From the NCBI GenBank assembly GCA_000092065.1, contig CP000585.1: a stretch of 64,000 nt of DNA. The stretch is one strand, 5' to 3'. Every line of letters starts with the position of its first letter. Within the stretch, counting starts at the first letter, position 1. The notes below the pieces were generated by a model. The model worked only from the letters and a program-made list of their open reading frames with translations. It did no database searches and was not told where the DNA came from. This document shows positions 21,401 through 28,264 of the stretch, in pieces. The stretch comes from Ostreococcus lucimarinus (Eukaryota). A program made the position numbers and the translations under genes.

Positions 21401-22777
21401 CTCAGGCAGCCCATCTTCGTACCAGTCACTGTCGTAATCTTCACTATCGCGCTGCAAACGCTCGTTAAGCCAGTAATACAACATCACGCACATGACCAGT
21501 GTAAGGTAACGCGGCCACATGTACTTCCAAGAAAGGAGCGCCGGCGTCTGCAGTAAACCAAAGTCGAGCGGGGTGAGCTGTCGACTCAAACTACTCGGCC
21601 ACGCGTCCATGAGACTACCGGCGACCTCTGGTATGTTATAGACGTACAAAAGCGAGATGTACACGTACTGAAATGCGATATAATACCAAAGCGTATTTCG
21701 CAAACGCACCAGCCACTTATCTTGGAACTTCTTGGCGTCAACATCGGCGCCTCTCGTACCACTGAGGTTTCTCGCTGACGCCAGCATTCGCAAAATGGTC
21801 ACCAAAACTGTGACTATGTCCACAACTTGAATCATACTCATGGGCAATCCTCCAACGGTTGCTAAACCAGTGAACGTGATTGCGGCGGCTAAGATTGGAG
21901 CGTAGAGCAAAGGTCGATACCCTCCCACGCGGACTCTGAATCCCATCAGCTCTTGAAACTTGAATGAACTATCTATATCGCCGTGTGACACAGCCAAGGC
22001 GAAGCATGCGTTGGCCAACAGAGCGAAAATGAACCCAACAGTTTGCGCCGGTTTCATGCAACAAAGCCGTCCATTCCTACCCAAGGTCCAAAAGCCAAAG
22101 ATGTTTGCGACTTTGGACGTTTCTAATTCCTGCGACGTCGCCCCGAGCGAAGTAAACACATACGACCCGAATATGATCAATCCCGTCAGGAATTGCATTT
22201 TACCCGTGGTTGAAATTGCGTGCTCAAGTCGCGTCAAACGTGACGTGCGTGGATCACCGCGCCCGCCGACGAAACGCGTGTGCACCGCGACGAAGAGGAG
22301 AAACTGCAACACTCCGTTTGCCGAGTATCCCACGACGCCGCAACAAATGAAACCGAGCAGACGCCACCATTTCTGTATCGTATTCCGCAAATCTTCCTCT
22401 GTCAGCCCGACGACGAACATCAAACCTCGTCGCAAGTACTTCGCAATCGCTGTGGTTCTTCTCGACCCGCCAGCCTCCAAATGAGCCAACTCTCGTCTCA
22501 ATTCGCCTCGCGCCCACAGCGACGTCAAAGCCACGAACGCATCCGGAATGAGCGAACGCGTGCCGACCGTCGCTTCATCGAACTTTTGCAACCCGAACAC
22601 TTCCAGCCATTTCGTTGGGACTCGTTCCGCCCCGATCGCGGCGTACGACGTTTGAAAAACGACCTGCACGAACAAAAATCCTCCGGCGACGAACGTCGTA
22701 AACGTCACCGCCTTTGTCGACCGTAACACCGCCCTCGCCACCGGTCGCGTCGACGCGCACAGCGCGAGGTAACACAT
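15419..22777 (-). CDS. PIEZO: Piezo-type mechanosensitive cation channel homolog (~2450 aa, intronless in this model)
   Basis: Anchor-domain PF(x2)E(x6)W motif: PFLFEIRTLLDW. The C-terminal block GFVFVTVGFFVRTMYNFKLSDVFVNEIANTDELINVCRGLRLIR aligns to the Piezo1 inner helix/CTD (IGKFVRGFFSEISHSIMFEELPCVDRILKLCQDIFLVR). There are dozens of TM segments across 2.4k residues, consistent with the Piezo blade architecture. The track start at 22795 is GTG. The first ATG is at 22777. The N-terminus could be spliced. Confidence 0.85.
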   Translation of the reverse strand: MCYLALCASTRPVARAVLRSTKAVTFTTFVAGGFLFVQVVFQTSYAAIGAERVPTKWLEVFGLQKFDEATVGTRSLIPDAFVALTSLWARGELRRELAHLEAGGSRRTTAIAKYLRRGLMFVVGLTEEDLRNTIQKWWRLLGFICCGVVGYSANGVLQFLLFVAVHTRFVGGRGDPRTSRLTRLEHAISTTGKMQFLTGLIIFGSYVFTSLGATSQELETSKVANIFGFWTLGRNGRLCCMKPAQTVGFIFALLANACFALAVSHGDIDSSFKFQELMGFRVRVGGYRPLLYAPILAAAITFTGLATVGGLPMSMIQVVDIVTVLVTILRMLASARNLSGTRGADVDAKKFQDKWLVRLRNTLWYYIAFQYVYISLLYVYNIPEVAGSLMDAWPSSLSRQLTPLDFGLLQTPALLSWKYMWPRYLTLVMCVMLYYWLNERLQRDSEDYDSDWYEDGLPEGTPIRRLDMSKESESTKVEDINTMRPSIFLYHATATVLKHVKDSVGDEFESALHGVSMELLLLVATICVAFRVEVVSMLYVVVIMFACIELAVPTIRGKAPVPLRYGTFSVIGTSMRILTDSWRFLNRMRRIRSNVITAADITPPPIQTRRSPSGSSGWFRRHLRESDYHHAAPVSIHTEVNDYGFYLALLATISIVFKQLTLLTIFQSGSLNTLVNENWGSWLGLISLYDPRLGDDLQTTTSCCAWPYVLDSTKTFCQDASVAASSSNQFPTQACLTFTTNWYIFGAHYAVIIFAVLHGFLQRRHNVKVQRKAKSTTATAVPRASYWAKLRGEVQGCDVAKKLKLLIVAERMKNKNIETPVGKKKIVTTDEGMSPMVQQTPIRAEEDIFANLVKQVNAGSLKHSKSKIALYGWRPIVIRMVYRFVKWDVKNTFETLDSAIEQLASLKYLLAMAVLLINAFLKSDVTSSIYIIILGYFLAFNNRAGVVRFQSQGYAILLIIGAILAIHIMAALRLPPSWLNTNYCETCPEKRFWLDIWDCPSSAAAAPAPSAYLDCNSRPVFVHEYEIISDILVMLLVGHYVRKGHKNMVRDDVRTAWMRGYVKAKGQKMGSEWVQSEAFTSLANKVNTRLAERRKLDETSELSYDDKIKRWDAVNVQLQEYVPSVDADLQREEMKRANWTNRNLSRQVSIKEELQVIQEHYTFSQIASMAIHERRTTVRRRIEEIMGQFFLKFFYKYLLLVIVILTTTAAVAQHDSDFISLCYAGITILFSMRFNELRINTRIFPSRAHKWWNGELFRLLPVYVFTVLAAKLVYQIPYIKPILLNGRTARLGSCVVGTRMCETINSLFGVRKLGSACDATMLAADCVSVLGYSSGSIGVDVALFILCSVQAQLFSNERYVREVLRLEKNAMDKRARRSILYRKYILGWRAKIQQEIDEEYKMITDKVRASALQASEWTHFQKFRHTIDEETAAEKYVPEHVTVRAQNSTTVEVKWKMRGSTDDIEQFTIKRERSPRTTIFPHHVNPVKVDVDAESRAPSSHVISGLTPGMSYSFTVQSCSRSIGYGPPSEPSDVVTMPMPQDDEEGEEVLSGKDKLINGVAKVVHAARNSAAYLLDPALYPLPNDKGGESEWTRKGDWGGANIITGFGKIIYSQSERLLYIALVCNFIDHVDLMSACLVIFILAFAAMWNPQPLPEMWRFIFWYSVACFYARILLRSKAFCMELDANAKFDNRNKWYISAQPYCPTMTLYDPAADSEFSTLSATLLTVPRARNLVRDEVWTDIFLIVTLVLHMSHMHSLGQCTRRDAIPLAPREDYQTYHAGEFKDDIDLAALTSPPLEDVATGKTRQVETHHLEGRTSKERTRALRRRERRRAYMRTFGLFTRGIHVAQTRFRELVTQICLSNSAKMPKRNVGKPGVDLYSLEIFLQLIITCWFVTGYRNLVFESGTALSSTESFGTGLTISIVSSVMWIIVMRLVYLSQNIKLKFYLHFAQVVLYVSLVFIFLPLLDTRSFVSPRHNSHLKAFTVLMLFQFIVSALQLREGFREGYQFKIVLMRFGNTPVGRFVYNLINTLPFLFEIRTLLDWVVCDTSIDYVMWFRYETLYYLLHKTDMLISWRRNRRQYYSGAKPVPWPLKILLGGGIIAIIMLLLTGPIFIFSTFNPALTSNRIEAATMQVQLDFYADEKTERHRIYSGFATGYGMSSISQEAMKSELLRGLSFRSIDSDCVRFPKYSQSAWILPQSSKLALAQSLNTAAAASTCTAKMTITTEFTRLGPLKAKTVSQDLVATLTNAHCAALAGVITNGQGSIQFANVIPRGFHLTPETMVEILDFNTSAYIGLNMTLGSTPTANLWEVTPTSPSFPTAAPDFCGIDSTLPPSDYGVLYATISDRYLVGLVSSLGLSSYSLRALYGFVFVTVGFFVRTMYNFKLSDVFVNEIANTDELINVCRGLRLIRSLDYPGRRRDEMKMYYSLMRMMRESSLRRVISRNADEI

Positions 22778-22846
22778 AATGTAACAACACGACACCTACA
22801 TCGCGGCATCGCCATTCATCAGTCTTTCACTCTTCGCTCGCGAATT

Positions 22847-22898
22847 GTTCGCGTTCGCGTTCGCGTTCGCGTTCGCGTTCGCGTTCGCGTTCGCGTTC
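22847..22898. repeat. (GTTCGC)n microsatellite, ~9 units, ~70 bp upstream of the Piezo ATG
   Basis: Direct reading: gttcgcgttcgcgttcgc..., in the likely 5'UTR/promoter. Confidence 0.85.
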
Positions 22899-23274
22899 AT
22901 ACCAAATCACACCGCGCCGTCGACGCCGCGATCAGCGCCGCGCCGTGCACCGCCCTCGACATCGCCATCAGCGCGTCCGCGTCGGACAGCGACACCGATG
23001 CGTCGTCATCGGCTCCATCGTCGTCGGCTCCATCGTCGAAACTCAAACTTTTATTCGTCGTCGTCGCTCGATCCGCGCGCGACGACGACGCGCGCATCGA
23101 CGACGCGACGCGCGCCAACATGGTACTTTCGCGCTCGCCCCGCGCGCCGCGCTCGCGCGCGCGCGTGTGCGGCGCTTTCGAAAGATGACGAGTTAGTTGG
23201 TTGGGTGAAAAAGGAATTTCAAACTCTGGAGCGACAAAACGCGAATACAGTTACAACAACAAAGATGATAAATA

Positions 23275-24444
23275 TTAGCGACTGGACGACGCGCGCGCGG
23301 CGGCGAGCGCGGAGGTGAACCATGAATGGGTGTCGATGCGCACGATGCCGGCGTCGGCGACGTTGGAGGCGTCGAGGGTGACGAAACTGCCCTCGGCGGC
23401 GGCGGCGACTTTGCGAGCGACTTCGTCGGCGGAACCGTGGACGAGACGCGCGCGAGCGGTCGGTGGCGCTGATTTTACGCCCTCGACGCCGTCAGCGGAG
23501 GGAAGTTGGACGATATCGTCGACGATCGCGTCGCGGTAGACGCCGATGACGTGTGGTTGGGGAGAGAAGCCGCTCGGAAAGGAGGCGTCGATGCCTCCGC
23601 CTCGAGAATTGACGTGCGCGATGTGCACGCGCTCGGCGAATTTGACAGACACGTCGCCGCCGCCTGAATCGATACCGATCATTTCTTCACCCGCACCCTC
23701 TAAACTTCCGATGGAAACGGCGCCACCACTCGTGCGCACGAGACCGAATTCACCCACGCGTAGACTCTTCGCCGTCGCGTCGCCGCCGCCGGTGTTGACG
23801 TTCACTTTATCCCCAAAAACCGCCTCAGCGTGAAACTTCCCTTCTGGTTCGGTGTCTACGTACACCACCGACCCAACAAACTTACCGCGCATCGTCACGT
23901 CCCCCCCCGCGGTGCGCACTCTGGAATCCGCGCTCACCGATCCTCGCGCGCGCACCGCGCCTCCGCTCGTATCCAGGTCCATCGTCGACCCTTTGATCGT
24001 CCCCAATTCCACGTCCCCGCCGTTCGTGCGCACTTTCACCCCCGCCTCGACGACCGATTCCACCGAAATCGTCGAATTCTCCCCCCTCAACCGCGCGTCG
24101 ACGCCGCAAAATCTCGGCGGTATCCTCGCCCGCACCGCCGCGCGCGTCCCGTCCCTCGCCCCCGTCCTCGCGTCCCGCACCAGCACCACCTCCCCTCGCC
24201 CGCCGTCGCCTCGCGCGCGCGTGATCTCGAACTCGGCGTCGTGCGCGTCGTCCGCGATCTCGATCTCGATGCGCTCCGTCGCCGACGCGTGCGGCGCGAC
24301 GACGACGTCCACGCGCGCGCGTTCGCTGTCGAACGCCACCGTCGCGCCCGGCGCGACGCCGTCGAACGTCGTCGTCGCGTGCGTCGCCGCGCGCGCGAAC
24401 GGCGCCGACCGCAGCGTCGCGCGCGCGCGCGCGAGTCGACGCAT
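23275..24444 (-). CDS. DUF4097-type (FAM185A-like) beta-helix repeat protein with an N-terminal targeting presequence
   Basis: Recurring ~20-25-aa units around GG(D/A)V: TNGGDVELGTIKGS, TSGGAVRARGSVSADSRVRTAGGDVTMRG, NTGGGDATAKS, TSGGAVSIGSLEG, DSGGGDVSVKF, NSRGGGIDASF. The R/A/T-rich N-terminus looks like a presequence. The ATG at 24442-24444 was verified. Confidence 0.4.
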   Translation of the reverse strand: MRRLARARATLRSAPFARAATHATTTFDGVAPGATVAFDSERARVDVVVAPHASATERIEIEIADDAHDAEFEITRARGDGGRGEVVLVRDARTGARDGTRAAVRARIPPRFCGVDARLRGENSTISVESVVEAGVKVRTNGGDVELGTIKGSTMDLDTSGGAVRARGSVSADSRVRTAGGDVTMRGKFVGSVVYVDTEPEGKFHAEAVFGDKVNVNTGGGDATAKSLRVGEFGLVRTSGGAVSIGSLEGAGEEMIGIDSGGGDVSVKFAERVHIAHVNSRGGGIDASFPSGFSPQPHVIGVYRDAIVDDIVQLPSADGVEGVKSAPPTARARLVHGSADEVARKVAAAAEGSFVTLDASNVADAGIVRIDTHSWFTSALAAARASSSR

Positions 24445-24530
24445 CGCGCGCGACGTCGCGCGCGCGGAGTGGCGACGCGCGACAGAGGGCGACGCGCGCG
24501 AAACGAATTCGCGACGCGTTCGATCGCGCG

Positions 24531-25652
24531 ATGGACGCGAACGCGAACGCGACGCGCGAGAGGGACGCGCCGGACGCCGTCGCGGACGCGGCGTGCGACG
24601 TCGAGCGACGCGCGCACGTGATCAGTGGACGCGTGGCGCAGTTGGATTCAAACATGAAGTCGCTGAAACTTGAACTCTCGGCGCTGAACGATGCGCTGAT
24701 GGACATGGAGGGGAAAGCGAAGGAGGGGGACGGGGCGTACGATACGATGGAGACGCGCGCGGCGCTGTACGGCGCGAGACGGGTGATACAAGGCGCGGGA
24801 CCGGGTGGAGACTTGTACGGGTACATGAAGCCGAAGACGACGCACTCGCGGTTTCTGCGACTGTTCGTCGGGGGAGCGGTGGAGATCAATTCCGTGAGAC
24901 AAGAGGCGAGATTGCGGTTGAAGGAGGAGTATTATCACTTTCGCGATCAAAATACGGTGGTTTACGTGTTGGCGCCGTTGGCGTTGTTGCTCGGATACAG
25001 CGAACGCGTGCACCCGAAGGCGCTGGACGCGACGCAGATTGGATACTTGAGGGCGTTTTATCCGATCGCACTGCAGCTGTATTGGGTGTGGCTTTTGTAC
25101 TTTTACACCGCACTCGCGCTGCGGGAGAACATTTTGCGCGTGAACGGGTCGACGATTCGTCCGTGGTGGATTAAGCACCACTACTATTCGGCGGCGATGG
25201 CGCTGTGCGTGTTGACGATGGATTTAGATTCGCCCGCGTGCGAGGCGTTCACTTTGAGATTCTTACTCTTCACCACGCTTCAGGGAGTGGTGATGTTAGT
25301 CCAAAATAGATACCAGCGTTTCCGCTTGTACACGCGCGTGGCGATGGGGAAAGCGTCGCCCATGGACGTGGCGTCGATTGAACTCTCGGGCGGACAGCTC
25401 AAGCTTTTGTACCCACTCCTGTTCGGTTTGCAGGCGATGCAACTGTACGTCGGCGCGAGCGTGCTGTTCGTGGTCATGACGACGTATCGCATAGAAAGCC
25501 ACATCATGCGAGAGTGGCAAGCGTCCGTGGCGGGCGTCTTATTCGTTCTCATGGCGGTTGGCAACTTCACCGCCACGCTCAACACGCTGCGATCCAAGCG
25601 CTCATTCGCGCACAAGAAGCGGACTCGCAGCCAAAGTTTTCATCAGGATTAA
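24531..25652 (+). CDS. TMEM120: TMEM120/TMPIT (TACAN) family membrane protein
   Basis: N-terminal coiled coil (KSLKLELSALNDALMDMEGKAKEG) followed by 6 predicted TM helices. It has the family hallmark W-W-x2-H-H-Y (IRPWWIKHHYYSAAMALCVL; compare human TMEM120A GWWVFHHYVS). Length is 373 aa. The ATG was verified. Confidence 0.65.
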   Translation: MDANANATRERDAPDAVADAACDVERRAHVISGRVAQLDSNMKSLKLELSALNDALMDMEGKAKEGDGAYDTMETRAALYGARRVIQGAGPGGDLYGYMKPKTTHSRFLRLFVGGAVEINSVRQEARLRLKEEYYHFRDQNTVVYVLAPLALLLGYSERVHPKALDATQIGYLRAFYPIALQLYWVWLLYFYTALALRENILRVNGSTIRPWWIKHHYYSAAMALCVLTMDLDSPACEAFTLRFLLFTTLQGVVMLVQNRYQRFRLYTRVAMGKASPMDVASIELSGGQLKLLYPLLFGLQAMQLYVGASVLFVVMTTYRIESHIMREWQASVAGVLFVLMAVGNFTATLNTLRSKRSFAHKKRTRSQSFHQD

Positions 25653-25717
25653 AACAACTTTAGCGCACTGTCAGTTTATTCACTGCACTACTACCATTAT
25701 AATTACTCCTTACATAA

Positions 25718-27685
25718 CTACAGCTCGTCGCGGCTCGCGATCTCCGGATCCAGGTTTGGCTTGATGTTCGCCAGCCCCTCCGGAAGCGGCAAGAAAAACT
25801 TGTGATCGCCGCACGTTTGCATGATTTGATACACGGATGACCATATATAACTGTTCGCCTCTTGAAACTGCCTGAGCATCCACGTGCGAACGATAGCGAC
25901 GTGGTACGGGTTGATGTTGTGCACACCATCTTGAGGATCGAACGGCAGTAATACGCCTTCTCTTCGCGTCTGAGCCACGGCGATGACGTAATAATCTCCT
26001 GAACTTGTCGCTTGAATCAACATCCGCTGAATCGTATCGTAATCAACTTCGACGCCCGGATGGTGGTACAGCGTCCAAGGAGTGTCCCACGTCGCGAGTC
26101 TCGGATATTCATCGGTGGTCACGGTGAAGAGCGGTCTAGTTTTGTACGTGTCGACTTGGCTCCACGGTGTACGCTTTGCGTGCGCAATCTTGGCTTCGCC
26201 GAGGAGAGATTCGAACTTTGTAAAGACCGCGCTCAAGGAAAGCTCTTCATCGATCCACTTGTACACGTCTTCGACCAGAGGAAGACTTGCCGCGCCCGTG
26301 GCAATAGCCGTCAAAGCCGCGGCGCCGCCCGGTACGCTCGGCGCTGCGAAATACGCACCTTGTATCGATTCACGTGCCCCAATTTCGACCGCTAACCCAT
26401 ATTTGGTGTAATCGCGCATCGCGGTGTAGTTCGTCGTCACTACGGGCGTACCCAGCGCTTGGCACTCGAGGACGACCATGCCGAAACCTTCCGATTTCGA
26501 CGTGTGCAAACACACGTCGGCGTGTCTTTTCAGTGCCGACGTGAAAACCTTGTCGTGCAAATTCTCATCCAGCGTGTACATGTTCGATGGAATTTGTGCG
26601 CGTTGAAGCGCGGCACGTAGGGATATACCCGTTCGCAAAACCGCGACGGGCGGCTTGCTCTTGTGGTTCAGATCGTTTTGCGTCATAGCGCTGTCCACCG
26701 TATGAATCCAGAGGTGCGTCTTTAATTTCGGGTTCGCTCGTTGAAATTCAGCGAACGCGTTGATTGACGCCACCCATCCTTTCCTGTCAGAGTTTTCGTA
26801 GTTGCCACCTTGCATGAGCACCAAGAAGGTGTCGTCGTCGACTTCGTCGATGCTCCTCGAGAACATTCTGTCGTACTTTTTAGAATCAAACACCGCGCGG
26901 CGAATGACTTTGCGTCTATTTTTGACATCGTCGGCGATTTTCAGTTTCGTCTCGAAAGAGTCCGCGAGCGCGTTGAGCGACGCGCGATCGATAAAATGAG
27001 GAATCGTGCGCGTGAGCGGCTGCTCCGTCGCGATCGCGCGACCCGTGGTGTCGGACAACGCCGCCACGCCCGAGTACGTCCGGACCACCGCCACCGACGC
27101 GTCCGCTTCTTCGTGGTGATACGGCATCCACAAAACCACGGGCACGGCGAAATCGTACCCATCGAAATACATTTGTCCGATATCCATGAGCAACACGAAG
27201 GCGTCCAGTCGGTGCGTCGACGACGCCTCGTTCACCTGCTTCATCGTCATCGACAGCTCGTTTATCCGCGCGTACGGCGCGTGCACGTCCGGCACGCCCA
27301 AAAACGTCAGGTGCTCCATCGCCTTTTGCTCCGCTTTCGTCGGCGCGCGCACGTCGCCCGCGAAGCGTTCGCGAGCGCGGCGCCAATCCGCGTACTCGCC
27401 CGGAGGCAACCGCACCCCCGGCACGCGCGGCATCCAAAACGTCTCGTACCCATTATCCGCGAACGCTTTAGAGAGTCCCAGCGCCTGCGCCTGGTACGCG
27501 CCGAACGTCCACGGAACCGTCGCCGCGACGAAGCACACGCGCCGATCGTCCGCCGCGCCCGCGCTCGCCGCGTTCGCCCCCCCCCCGCGACGTCCCCACA
27601 GCGCGTCCGCGCGCGTGACCCCGCTCGCGATCGCCCACGCGACGCACGCGACGACGACGATCGCCCGCGCGCGTCGCGTCGCCAT
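25718..27685 (-). CDS. GT4-family (GT-B fold) glycosyltransferase, type II/signal-anchored
   Basis: C-terminal GT1/GT4 motif: HTSKSEGFGMVVLECQALGTPVVTTNYTAMRDYTKYGLAVE. Signal anchor: MATRRARAIVVVACVAWAIASGVTRA. The track start at 27814 is TTG. The ATG at 27685 was verified. TGTAA (minus strand, 25710-25714) lies 4 nt past the stop. Confidence 0.65.
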   Translation of the reverse strand: MATRRARAIVVVACVAWAIASGVTRADALWGRRGGGANAASAGAADDRRVCFVAATVPWTFGAYQAQALGLSKAFADNGYETFWMPRVPGVRLPPGEYADWRRARERFAGDVRAPTKAEQKAMEHLTFLGVPDVHAPYARINELSMTMKQVNEASSTHRLDAFVLLMDIGQMYFDGYDFAVPVVLWMPYHHEEADASVAVVRTYSGVAALSDTTGRAIATEQPLTRTIPHFIDRASLNALADSFETKLKIADDVKNRRKVIRRAVFDSKKYDRMFSRSIDEVDDDTFLVLMQGGNYENSDRKGWVASINAFAEFQRANPKLKTHLWIHTVDSAMTQNDLNHKSKPPVAVLRTGISLRAALQRAQIPSNMYTLDENLHDKVFTSALKRHADVCLHTSKSEGFGMVVLECQALGTPVVTTNYTAMRDYTKYGLAVEIGARESIQGAYFAAPSVPGGAAALTAIATGAASLPLVEDVYKWIDEELSLSAVFTKFESLLGEAKIAHAKRTPWSQVDTYKTRPLFTVTTDEYPRLATWDTPWTLYHHPGVEVDYDTIQRMLIQATSSGDYYVIAVAQTRREGVLLPFDPQDGVHNINPYHVAIVRTWMLRQFQEANSYIWSSVYQIMQTCGDHKFFLPLPEGLANIKPNLDPEIASRDEL

Positions 27686-28264
27686 CTCGAGTCGAGACGA
27701 GCGTCGCGTTCTGCGGCGTCGCCCTCGCGTCCCGCCCGCGTCCCGCCCGCGTCTCCGTCTCCGCCGCGTCTCCGTCTCCGCGCGCGCCTCAAAATCCGTT
27801 ATCGCACTCCCCAAAGTAATCGTGCGTCGCCCACGTCGCCCTGTCGCCGTCGTCGCTCGTCGCGATCGCCCTCGCCGCGTCCGCGATGGCTTCGGCGCAC
27901 GCGCTCAAGCTCTCGCCCTCGTCCGGCTCCACGTCGACGCACCACGCCTCGCCGTCGCCCACGGGCGCGCACCGCGCGACGTTTCGTCGCCCGATGGCGC
28001 GCTCGACGACGCTCACCGCGTCCGCGCCGCGCGCGCCGCGCGCGATGCGCGCCGACACCCGACACCGCGCGGCGTCGGCGTCGACGCGAACGCGCAGCGA
28101 CCGCGCGCGCGCGTCGACGTCGTCGAGCGTCAGCGGACGCGCGTCGCGCTCGACGCGCGCGTCTCCGCGCGCGCGCGCGTCGCGCTCGACGACGACGACG
28201 AATCGAGGCGTCATGGGCCGGGCGCGACGCGACGTGACGGCACACGCGCGCGCGAGCGACGGCG

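Noticed and set aside
15419-25652. Piezo/DUF4097/TMEM120 as an operon-like co-transcribed unit
   Set aside because: The genes are on different strands (Piezo and DUF4097 minus, TMEM120 plus) in a eukaryote. Only physical proximity is claimed.
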